Positions 11,184 to 22,056 of a DNA stretch of 64,000 bases are shown one piece after another. The position numbers and the translations under genes were made by a program. The notes under the pieces were generated by a model. It was not told the DNA's origin. It worked only from the letters and a program-made list of their open reading frames with translations, and did not search any database. Numbering within the stretch: position 1 is the stretch's first letter; each line of letters opens with the position of its first letter. This DNA is from Thecamonas trahens ATCC 50062 (Eukaryota; Protista; Apusomonadida): positions 1 through 64,000 of the forward strand of contig NW_013657675.1 of assembly GCF_000142905.1 (NCBI RefSeq), written 5' to 3'.

Positions 11184-14100
11184 TCAGCGGCGGTAAACAA
11201 GGACTCGGTTCCGAGTCCGCGCCGCCGGCACAATGAGCTCGGTAGTGAGCGCGGCTTCGGTCGAGACCGAGGCAGGGATGGCAACGGCGGTGACAGCCGG
11301 CCGGAGGCCCGCGAGGAGGCGGCCGCGCGCAAACGCGGCCGTCGGCGCCACGAGCACCGACCGGGTAAGAATGCGGTGGGCGGCTGCCTGCCAGAGTCCA
11401 AAGTACTCCTTGACCAGCTTCTCGGCCTGCTCGCGCGAGGCCGACCGGGCGCTGGCCTCGAGCTCGCGCAGCGCGCCGCCGACCTTGGCATCGTTGTACA
11501 CCAGGAGGTCGAGGTGGTTCTCCGACCGCGCTTCGGGTGCCGTCAGGTCGACCAGCTCGCTGATGGCCGGCACTAGCTCACCGTTGACCCGCGCCCGCAG
11601 CCGCAACATCCGGTGCAGGCCCGAAGTCTCGTGCCAGAGCTGCTCGTCGGCCGCTGCACGCACGTACCGCACCCCGGCCCTGTTGAGCACGTCCTCGGCC
11701 GACGCAAGTGACCGTGCGTGCATCGAGGTGACCACCATGACCTCGCCCGCGCCCACCAATGCCCGCGCCGCCTCGGGCAGCGACGACGGGAGAACAAGCA
11801 GGCCGCCGGGCACATTCTCGGTGTCACCGATGACAAAGCTCGGCGCCTTGAACGTAGTCCGCAGCTTGGCCGGTGTCCGCACCGGTGACGGGGTGCTCAT
11901 CAGTGCTGAGAGCGCAGGCGGCCGCGAGTTGCGCTCGACCGCGCCCTCGCCCACAGCCGTCGCCGCCTCAAGAATCTCCAGCTGTGAGGCGTAGACAGCG
12001 GGGAGGACAAAGAGCTCGACAGCGGCGACCGCCAGCAGCCGCGCCGAAAACACGCCCGAAGCTGCGTCCGCCAGCGGTTGCAGGGTGAGCTCCATGGTTT
12101 CGGGCGCGTCCGGCAGGGGTCGGATCCGTGACACGGCGCAGTGCGCCGAGCCGGACGCAGACCGGACGCAGGCAAACAGCTGCCTAGCGACCGGCCGTGG
12201 CTGAACCGTCCACATCGGGAGCTCGACCACGCCGCATCCATCGTTGCGCCACGTGACCGTTGCATCGGTAAAGAGCTTGGAGCGCCCAGTCGTCTCCAGC
12301 CCAGGTGGCGCCGACGACGACGCCGTGTACACCGCCATGCCGGTGCACACAATGCCAGCCTTGAGCGCGTGGACCTCGGCACCAGGCACAGTGCTGGTGG
12401 CCACTGCGCCGCCGCCTACGTCGCTGCTGGAAGACGGCCCGGCGCTCGTGTCGAGCGGGTCGTTGGCGTCGAGCCAAGCCCGCGGTGACGTGGTGTGTGC
12501 CACGCAGCAGCCCGGGCCGCTCGGCTTCGTCCCAAGCCATGCGGTAAGGAGCGCAGGGCTGAGCTTGCCGCTGTCGCCCACCGGTCGCGCGCCAACAAGG
12601 ACGCACACCTCGGTGGTAAACGGAACAAGCGCAAGTGAGTTCTTGCCGTCGGCGGTCTCCTGTGCAATGACCACCTCGGGTGCCGACTTGGACGACGCCC
12701 GCGCGTACGACGAAGTCGAGACAACCGAGCCGAGCGCGCCAAGAGGAACAACAATGCCCGGCAGCGCGCCGCGGCCGCCGGGCCACGCCCATGCCAGCTC
12801 GGGCACAAAGAGCCGGACACCGGTCGGCATCGCGCCCGACCGCAGAATCTCCACTACCATACCGCGCGCGGTCAGCGGCGCGGCCTGGAGCGAAGCGAGG
12901 AACAGCGCGCGCTCGAGCTTGATCGACGCCCGCCCGCAGTTGGCGGCCTTGGTCGAGAGCTCCTGGACGATATCCTTGACTCCGACGGTGACCGCAACGC
13001 TCGAGCCGATGACCGCGGCCTTGAGCCGCTGCTGGGCGAGAACGTGTGCGGCCGAGCGGAGCGGCGACGTGACCGGTGCAAAGGCGGCGACGCCGTGGAA
13101 AACGTGCGGCGTCGCGGTGTTGCTCTTGGTCACCGCAAGGTACCTCGTCCGGCCGCGGCCGAGCGCGGCCTCGACCGCTTCGCGCAGCGTCTGCGACGTA
13201 AGCGCACCGAGAGCAGCCGGCGGCTTGGCGTCTGCCGCTGTCGGCGTCTGGTCGTGCCAGACGAGTGACTTGCCGCGCTGCTTCTTTCCGCGGCTCTGCT
13301 TCTTGGCGCCACGCACTGCGTACTTGGCGCCGGGCGACGACGGCGTGTCGTCGGCGGTGTGCCACTCGCGGAGCTTGCGGACGGCCGACGTCACGTCGGC
13401 CGCATCGCCGCCGAGCCGCTCGAGCGTCCGCTCCAGCGCCTCCATGGTCTGCACGCTCGGCGCCGGCTCGGCTGCGAGCAGAACAGGGCAATCCTCGGTC
13501 GCCGAGGCCTTGAGCGCCGCCCCCGCGAGCGAGGCGTAGGTGATGCAAAGCTCGTCGAGCGCACTCCGCGCCCGCGACGCGGTCCGATTGCGAACCACCG
13601 GCTGCGGCGGGTGTGCCGCGCGAAGGTATTCGATGGCATACTCCGGTCGAGTCGTTCCCTTGCCGCCACACCGCGCCGCGCGCAGATCGTCGGTCATAGC
13701 AAAGAGCAGCTCAAAGAGCGGCGAAGACTCGGCGGCGGCAAACGTCACATTCTCATCAATGAGCCACGCGGTCTCGACAAAGGCCGACGAGGCCACAGCC
13801 CACTTGCCGGTTGCTGGCTCCATGGCAATGTCAAGCGCGAGCGAGACGGTGAGCTTGGGCGTGCCGTCGGCGGCAAGCGCCGCGGTCTTCTCCAGAATCG
13901 ACGGAAAGAGCGCGCGGCGGACCTTGGAGCCGTCAGGCAGGTTGATGTGCAGCGTCTGGTCGCGGGCAAGGATGGCAGCCTCGAGCTCGCCGCCAGCTCG
14001 GAGCCGGGCTGCCAGGTCGGCGACGTGGACTCCGATGCGGACCCGCGAGACGTTGCCTTGCCCATCCTGCTGGAGGCCGGTGAGGGTGAGCGCTACCTGA

Positions 14101-17100
14101 GGGTCGCGGGCATGCGGCTCGGTGAGGGTGAAGCACCGCGGCGGGACCGAGGCGCCCGGCGCCGAGAAACGCGCCGCGGTTGTCTCGAGCCTCCGCTTGA
14201 GCTCGTCCTGCGGCGTCGGTGCAGAGGCTGTCACGGCCTCGTCGAGAGCAGCGGCGGTAAAGGTCTGCGCCTCGGGCGCCACAAGCGCAATCGGTTCCAT
14301 CTCGAGCGCGCCGCAGTACTCGGTGATGAGCGGGCCGATGATGGCGGCGACGGTCGCCGGCAGCTGCTTGGGCGCCGTGTCCATCGGGGCCGGCCTGGGC
14401 GACGGCGAGGCCTGCGGCGCTGGGGCCGCGTCAAATCCAGGTGGGCCGCCGGTCGGTGTGCTGGCCTTTGCCTGTGGTGCCGGAGCCGGTGCGTCCGACT
14501 GCGCGGCCTGCGCGACCTTGGAGACGGCCTGGGCCTGGGCCTGGGCCTGGGCGGCAGAACGGGAACGCGCTTGGGCTGCGTCGTACTCGGCGTGGGCGTG
14601 CGAGTCTGCCGAGGCACGAAGCTGAGGGAAGGGCGACGGCGAGGCGGTGGGCGACGGCGGGACAAATCCGAGTTCTGCGGGCGCCTTAAAGGTCTTGGCA
14701 AACGAGAGCGCCGGCTCTGCCGTCGACTGCTTGGCCTTGGCGGCGTCGACGGCAGCAAGCTCGACAGCGAGGATCTCCTGGACAAAGGGAAGCGAGGCGG
14801 CGAGCGCCTTGGCGGGCGCGAAAAAGGTGGTGGACCACTCGGCGTCCTGGGCAAAGATCTGAAGAGAGTCGATGGTCGATTCGAGGGTGTCGAGGAGGGC
14901 GGCGATCTTGCCCGGCGCGGCCGGCAGGACGGCGCGCATGGCCATCATGGAGAGGAACCGCGAAAAAGTGTCTGCGCCAAAGGCGCAGGTGTGGCCGTAC
15001 ATGTGCCACGCCGGGTCCTCGAGGATGTCGGGAACGTGGCCGACGGTGACAACGAGGTTGCGGGCCCGCGAAATGGCAGTGTTCATCCGGCGCGGCTGGT
15101 GGACGAGGCGGGCGAGGCGGTCGACCGACTTGCCGTCGGTGAGGAGGAAGATGACCTCAAACTCGAGGCCCTGCACGTTGTCGAGCGGAAGGACCGTGAG
15201 CGAGCCAACCGAGGCAGAGCGGAGGGCAGAGCGGAGCTCGCGAGCCATCGCCAGGTTCGGGGTGATGACCGCGGCCGACTCGAGGAGCTTAGGGAAGGTC
15301 TCGGCGGCTGAGGTGAGGAGGGAGAGCGCGGCGGCTACGGCCTCGTCGGGCGTGGCCGGGACAAAGAAAGGCGCGGCCAGGCCTCGTCGATGAGCATGTC
15401 CGGGAGAGCAAGGGCGGCGGCGGAGCCGGGCGCAGCGCAAATCTGGCCGCCGTAGATGGGCGCGAGGGCGTTGACAATGTGCGGGTGCGAGCGGAAGACC
15501 TGGAAAAAGTGGATGCGGTGGACCGAGAGCGAGGCCGACATGGAGAGGCGGCGCGGGAGCGAGCACGCGGTGAGGTTGACCAGCCGCGGCGAGAAGCCGA
15601 AGCGGAGCGAGAGCGCAACGTTTGTCCGCGCGTCCATCTGCATGTGGTCCGAGACGAGAACGAGCTGGGTGGCACCGGGTGCGGCGAGGAGGAGCGGGAT
15701 GAGGAGCTCGGCCTCGGCGGCCTGGGCGGCTTCGTCGATGATAATGTGGGTAAAGAAGCCCGGCTGGATGCCGAGAAGGGCAAGGTTACCAGCGGTAACG
15801 GTGGTGGAGACGACGACCTTGAACGAGGCGAGCTTGTCGGCCGGGTGAGTGACGTAGTGCGGGGTGAGCTTGCCGTCGCGGGTGTAGCCCGAGCCGGTAG
15901 GCGAGGGCGAGGTGTAGCCGCGGATGTTGGCTGGGACCGAGCCCGGGTTACGCATCGAGCCCATGAGGCGGTAGACCATTGAGGCTGGCCACTGAGAGTC
16001 GGCAAAGGCGCCAGCGTAGATGTCGGCCGCTGAGTTGGTGTGGGTGCAGATGAGAATGCGCGACGCCGGGTTCTTGAGCAAGTGGTGGAGTGTCTCCTTG
16101 ATGGTCCGCGTCTTACCGGCGCCAAACGGGCCCTCAAGGAGGGTGGGGATGGGGTCGGGCTGGAGGACGTGGGCAATGACCTGGCGCTGGACGGGGGTGA
16201 GGCACTCGTCGACAACTGCCACGGGCGAGTCCGGCTCGTTCTCGGGCATGGGCATGAGCGGGAAAACAACGTCGAGAGCGACGTTGGCGACCGCGTGGTG
16301 CATGAGGGTGTAGCGGAGGGTGTCCACGACCGAGAGCGGAAACTTGGCGAGGACAACCGGCGGGAGCGGGAGCCGTGCCGGCGGGCGGGAGAGCCGGAGG
16401 ACGACCGTCCGGCCGGTGAGGTCGGCCGAGAGGATGGTGCCGGTGAGGTCGGGCTCGGCCGACGACGAGTTGGGCCACCAGATGGAGAGGCTCGGCGAAG
16501 CGCTCGGCGCCGAGAGCGCCGAATGGCAGCGGGAGACGTCCTCGGCCGAAACGTCCCACAACGTGAGGCCGAGCGGCGACGCCGGGTCGTACTCGGCGGT
16601 GACTGGGCGCGGGTCATGGAGCGCGAGCTCGTCACAGAGGAGCACGTTGTGGAGGAGGGTACGGTACGAGTCCGAGTCGAGCCCGATGAGCGAGGTCGCC
16701 GGGTCGACCGGCTGCCGATGGAGCCACTTGAGAAAGGCATTGATGTCCGACGGCGCAATGCGGGTCGCAGCGTGCGCCGGCGGAGCGCGCGCAGCCGCAG
16801 GCAGGCCCAGCAGAAGCGCCGCCTCGCCGGCAGGCGCCGAGCCGACCGCCTGCGGGTAGAGCGACGGTGGCGGGTCGTGCCGCGGCGGGCCCTTGACCGG
16901 CTGCCACGGGTGCGGGTCGATGGTGGCACCCGACGGCGCCACGCTCCGCGACCGCGGGCAGACAAGGAGATCCGGCGCGTAGTCCTCGGGCAGGACAATG
17001 GCGAGGCCGTGGTGGGTGAGGCAGTAGGCGCAGACCGGAACCGACGATGAGCCGGCGTTGACAATGTACCACGCGTCGCGGAGCTCGACGGCGGTCGGCC

Positions 17101-18166
17101 GGTCCCAGTTCCACTCGGCGGCCTCGGCGGCCGAGTGAGGGCAGGAGCACCCGCTCAGCGCTCCCATCGGCTCGGAGACGGCGCCGGGATCGTGGCCTTG
17201 GCTCCCAGCGGCAGCGCAGAAGATAAACCGGTCGGGCGCGGCGCTCGCAACCGACGGGCGGCGGGTGACTCGGCGCCAGCGGAGCATAGACGGCGGGGTG
17301 TTGGGCGCGGCGCGGGCAGCAAACATCATGGTCTCCGAGCCCGGCGCGCCACAAGAACCGCACAGCGTGTCCATCGGGCTGTTGGCGTCGCGCGGAATGA
17401 GCCGCGACGACTGCGAGAGGCACTGGGTACAGGCAAAGAGCCGGAAGTGGCCCACCAGCGGCGAGAGGTGGAGCGGGACGACGGCCGGCGGGGCGAGGCC
17501 GAGGGCGGTACAGACCCAGTCTGCGACAGTGGTACCCGAGAGAGCCACGCCACCCGGCGCAGAGCCCGCCCCGCTTCCACTGCCTTGGCCAGGTCGGATC
17601 TTGGCTCCGCCCTGCGCCGCACTGGTGCCCGAGCCGGCGTGGTGTCCACCGCCGGCACTGGCCATGGATGTCGCTTGCGATCCCGGAGGCTTGCCACGAG
17701 CAGGGGCCGTGTGGGCATGGGTATGGGTAGAGGGGGACAATGACGGCTTGGCCAAAGACGAGGAAGGGAGCGGGGATGATGTAGCTGACTTGGGGGTGGA
17801 AGAGAGCATGGAAGGGGCAAGGAGCGAGGGTACAGAGCCCGGAGTAGGCGTCCGTGGCGCAGACAGGGTCAGGAGCTTCCCGTCCGAGGAGAGAGTGAGT
17901 CCCCAGCGGGCGACCTGGGAGAGCACATACTTCTTGAGCTTGGGAGGAGGACGGAGGTTGGAACGGAGCTGCTCCCACTCGGAGAGCGCTTCAGGTGACT
18001 TGTTGAGCACGTCACCAAGGGCTGACACAGGGTACGAGCCGGCCTTGCTCACCGCGCTTCGGAGCTCGCGGGCAAAAGCGTTCATCGCTGGCGTTGAGTC
18101 GAGTCTGTCCCTCCAACTCTTTGTCCGACCGACACTTCTACCAAAGTCATCCCATTTAGAGATCAC
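11184..18166 (-). CDS. HELZ2-like protein: Zn-finger region + UPF1-family SF1 helicase + degenerate RNB (RNase II) domain + degenerate second helicase; frameshift at ~15376
   Basis: Helicase motifs: Walker A LEGPFGAGKT (~16110-16140), THTNSAAD, Walker B FTHIIIDEAAQ, SDHMQM, FRSHPHIV, VITP, VQGLEFEVIFL, RMNTAISRARNLVVTVGH. RNB-like motifs: IGVHVADLA and TSPLRSAAHVLAQQRLKA. Cys/His fingers: CTQC...CGSC and C-x-H...EW. The 5' end is uncertain (first ATG 18085, or an upstream exon). Confidence 0.8.
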
Positions 18167-18176
18167 ACTCTCTGCC

Positions 18177-18591
18177 CTCTGCTACAGGGAGCACGGGAGC
18201 CAGATGATGGCACCACGGTTGTGATCTAGCACATTGGGCGGCTGCTGCAGTTTGATGGCTTCTGTACTGATGGCTACTTGCGCAACCGGCTGGCGGCGCG
18301 GCACACTCTGCCGGTGTTGTACTCTGCTACAAGGAGCACGGGAGCCAGATGATGGCACCACGGTTGTGATCTAGCACATTGGCCGGCTGCTGCAGTTTGA
18401 TGGCTTCTGTACTGATGGCTACGGGCGCAACCGGCTGGCGGCGCGGCACACTCTGCCGGTGTTGTACTCTGCTACAAGGAGCACGGGAGCCAGATGATGG
18501 CACCACGGTTGTGATCTAGCACATTGGCCGGCTGCTGCAGTTTGATGGCTTCTGTACTGATGGCTACGGGCGCAACCGGCTGGCGGCGCGG
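18177..18591. repeat. Near-perfect 145-bp tandem repeat, ~2.85 copies
   Basis: The unit start ctctgctaca recurs at 18177, 18322 and 18467. Confidence 0.95.
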
Positions 18592-18964
18592 ACTTTGGCG
18601 AGATCGCTATCGATGGGGCTGCAGCGATGAGGCGATAGATGTCATCCATATCGGATATGGTGTGTGGTTTGTTGATGGGGCGAGGTGAGCGGTGAGCAGT
18701 GAGCGGTGAGAGTAGGCGAGTCGAGTCGAGATCATTGTTGTCGTGGGATGGGAGGCGAGTGTGCGGATGTGTGGGTGACGATGGGCATGGCAACGAAACC
18801 GAGGACGAGGACGAGGACGAGGCGAGGACGAGGGAGAGAATGCTCATCCGCGGCCCTTGAGAATGAAAGCCATGCCGATCCAGAAGGCGAACCAAAGGGC
18901 AAACTCACCCCATGCCACCTTGCACTGTTCCACCGCATTCATGTACCTGGTGAGTGTGATAGCC

Positions 18965-19060
18965 AGGGGAGGGGAGGGGAGGGGAGGGGAGGAGGAGGGG
19001 AGGGAGGGAGGGAGGGAGGGAGGGAGGGAGGGAGGGAGAGGAGGGAGGGAGAGGAGGGAC
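18965..19060 (+). repeat. (GGGA)n-type purine repeat with G-quadruplex potential, abutting an assembly gap
   Basis: More than 15 consecutive G-tracts with 1-2 nt loops. Confidence 0.8.
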
Positions 19061-19070
19061 TGAGAGTCCT

Positions 19071-19652
19071 NNNNNNNNNNNNNNNNNNNNNNNNNNNNNN
19101 NNNNNNNNNNNNNNNNNNNNNNNNNNNNNNNNNNNNNNNNNNNNNNNNNNNNNNNNNNNNNNNNNNNNNNNNNNNNNNNNNNNNNNNNNNNNNNNNNNNN
19201 NNNNNNNNNNNNNNNNNNNNNNNNNNNNNNNNNNNNNNNNNNNNNNNNNNNNNNNNNNNNNNNNNNNNNNNNNNNNNNNNNNNNNNNNNNNNNNNNNNNN
19301 NNNNNNNNNNNNNNNNNNNNNNNNNNNNNNNNNNNNNNNNNNNNNNNNNNNNNNNNNNNNNNNNNNNNNNNNNNNNNNNNNNNNNNNNNNNNNNNNNNNN
19401 NNNNNNNNNNNNNNNNNNNNNNNNNNNNNNNNNNNNNNNNNNNNNNNNNNNNNNNNNNNNNNNNNNNNNNNNNNNNNNNNNNNNNNNNNNNNNNNNNNNN
19501 NNNNNNNNNNNNNNNNNNNNNNNNNNNNNNNNNNNNNNNNNNNNNNNNNNNNNNNNNNNNNNNNNNNNNNNNNNNNNNNNNNNNNNNNNNNNNNNNNNNN
19601 NNNNNNNNNNNNNNNNNNNNNNNNNNNNNNNNNNNNNNNNNNNNNNNNNNNN
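19071..19652. other. Assembly gap
   Basis: N run. Confidence 1.
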
Positions 19653-19846
19653 GCGGTTGTAAAACGCGGATATGTGTGGTGGTGGGATGGACGTACTACT
19701 GGTGCACGTTTGGAGAGGAATGGCTTTGAGGTGGGACGGGTACCCCCCCTTACGCACCCCCCTCCCCCCCCCCCCGCCCACCTTCTCCTCCTCAAACGCC
19801 ACAACGGCAACGACTTGACGAGAGGCGCGGTGAGGCAAGGGCGAGG

Positions 19847-21634
19847 ATGGCGCTGCTCCAAGCCCGACCTGAGCGGGTAGTCTTTGCTCCCACAAGTCAC
19901 ACTGCAGAGAAAGGGACAGACCGAGCCTCTTCTCCTGCTCCTGTCCTCACCAAGCGTGTCCTCCTTCGCTCCCTCGAGCGTACTGCTGCTCTCCGCGTCG
20001 AGCTCGCTCGTCCCGCACATCCCGCCTATGCTCTGCGAGGGCCGACATCCGTCCTCATTCCGCCCAAGGGCACCCTTCCCCTCACCATTGAGCTGTCGGT
20101 CGATGCTCTGCGAGGTCATGCCATCTCAGATGTCGTCTTTGTCCGCGCCACCCGCGTCAAAGATCTCGCTCTTGGCCGGGGCGAGGCCTCGGACGACGAC
20201 GACGATGATCCGTATACTGTCGCTGCCGGCATGCCGCCGGACTCGCCCGGCGCCGTCCAAGAGATTGCTCTGGTGCTGGAGATGTCAGAGGCTGCCGAAA
20301 AGCTGGCCTCGGCGCTCTCGCCGCCGCGCCGCTCGGTCAAGTCGGCCATGATGCCGCGTGACGTCGCCCGCGCCATGGCCCGCTCCTCCCGGAGAGTCGC
20401 CGAGGCCCGTGAGCGCAAGCGCGCTGAGCTGCTTGCCTCCAAGTCAACGGGTGTGCTCGGCGGGAACGCCGGCTCGGCAAAGTCAAAGGCCAAGGCCGCC
20501 CGCGCCCGCTCCACAAAACGCTCGGCCTCGCTGCGTTACGGCCACAGCCGGCCCGGCGGCCCGCTCGACGACATCGACGGCGTCGTGGCCAACGCGCTCA
20601 AGGCCGTTGGCCTCGATGAGACTGCACTAGCCTCCTCGTCGCGGAGACGAGGCTCAGACTCGGGCTCGGGCTCGGGCTCCGCCCGCCGGCACGGCCGCCG
20701 GTCTGCTCCCGCCGGTCGCCTCGCTGTCGCGGACATGCCGTCGTTTGCCGCCAACCCGTACAACCCGGACCTCTTCTCGCACATCGACATGGACGAGTAC
20801 CGCGCAAGCAAGGCCGCCGCCAAGGCCGAGGCGGCCACCCCGCTCAAGGAGCGCGAGCGCGGGTGGAACACCTCGGTCGTCCACCCCGAGTCGCGCTCCA
20901 AGACCGGCCTCGCCCCGGCGCTCCGACACAAGAACAAGCTCGACATGTCAATTTTGCAAAAGCGCAAGCTCTTCCGCAAGCAGCTCTTCGAGTCGTCGAT
21001 GCGCCAGGCTGGCGTCCCCGACAGCGACTCGTCCGACAGCGCCGGTGCCGCAGGCTCGTCCGAGGCCTCACCCAGCGGCCCGCCCTCGGTCCGCTTCAGC
21101 AACACCACCAAGACGCCGCCCGCCGCCCGCTCGCCTGCTCGATACTCCTCGCGCTCACCGTCGCCGGCCCGCCGCGGCGGCAACATCCTTCCGCCGCTCC
21201 ATGCCCGCCGCATGTCGGCCCCGCCATCGCCCATGCGCTCGCCAGAGGTCTCTCCCATCAAGCGCACCGGTGGCCGCTCCTCGCCCTCGCCGTTCCCGTC
21301 ACACGCCCGCCGCTCCGCCCGCCGCTCCGCCCGCCGCAAGAGCCCCATCGAGTCCGAATGGCAGCGTACAGTCACCACCGAGCACCGGAACCACCTCGAG
21401 GAATCCGGCTACTTTGCCAAGCCCGTAGCCGCCCGCCCGCACCCGGCATCCATCCCGCAGCTCCTCCATCCCGACTCGCGTGGCCACCGTCACCGCTCCT
21501 CCATCATCGTCGGCGGCGACCGGCCGCTCGCCTCGCCGGCCTTCTTTGTTGACGGCTGCTACTACAACGCTCGCGGCGAGGACGTCTCCGCCATGGTCAT
21601 GAAGCTGTTCCGCACCCCCGAGCTGTCGCCGTGA
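19847..21634 (+). CDS. Hypothetical protein with N-terminal MSP/ASH(PapD)-like Ig-fold and long disordered Ser/Arg/Pro-rich tail
   Basis: The N-terminal beta pattern (ARPERVVF...KRVLLRS...ARPAHPAYAL...VLIPPKGTLPLTIEL...DVVFVR) is typical of MSP/ASH domains; host-like codon usage over 595 aa. Confidence 0.6.
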   Translation: MALLQARPERVVFAPTSHTAEKGTDRASSPAPVLTKRVLLRSLERTAALRVELARPAHPAYALRGPTSVLIPPKGTLPLTIELSVDALRGHAISDVVFVRATRVKDLALGRGEASDDDDDDPYTVAAGMPPDSPGAVQEIALVLEMSEAAEKLASALSPPRRSVKSAMMPRDVARAMARSSRRVAEARERKRAELLASKSTGVLGGNAGSAKSKAKAARARSTKRSASLRYGHSRPGGPLDDIDGVVANALKAVGLDETALASSSRRRGSDSGSGSGSARRHGRRSAPAGRLAVADMPSFAANPYNPDLFSHIDMDEYRASKAAAKAEAATPLKERERGWNTSVVHPESRSKTGLAPALRHKNKLDMSILQKRKLFRKQLFESSMRQAGVPDSDSSDSAGAAGSSEASPSGPPSVRFSNTTKTPPAARSPARYSSRSPSPARRGGNILPPLHARRMSAPPSPMRSPEVSPIKRTGGRSSPSPFPSHARRSARRSARRKSPIESEWQRTVTTEHRNHLEESGYFAKPVAARPHPASIPQLLHPDSRGHRHRSSIIVGGDRPLASPAFFVDGCYYNARGEDVSAMVMKLFRTPELSP

Positions 21635-22056
21635 GCCGTCGCCAGCGAGCCATCGGCTGTAGGCCCTCATCCGATGCCGTAAATCCAACACGTTGTCATC
21701 CGGGAGTAACCCCGCCCAACCTACACCCAGCTGTCAGAGCGTCGGGTGATGTTTACTATGTGTCTTTCTCGAGGTTGGCCTTTTCCGACGTCGGCGTCGG
21801 AACCTGGGTTTTGTGCCGTGATCAACTTTTTGACGCCTCTCCCCCTTCGCCTCCCCCCCTAACCCCCCCTCCTTCACCACCACGCTCGACCACACACATG
21901 CCCGGCACAATGCGAGGGACAAGGACACACAATCTGTCGGCAACTGTAGAAAAGTCTACTATCTATGCACTGATAGGTTTGCTTGTGCATGTGGTGTGTG
22001 GGCTCGGCGCAAACAAAACTCGACACGACGCAACCACTCGCAGGCGGTCGACTCGT

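Noticed and set aside
18706-20119. ORFs spanning N-gaps (also at 48-50 kb and 57-59 kb)
   Set aside because: Artefacts of translating N runs.
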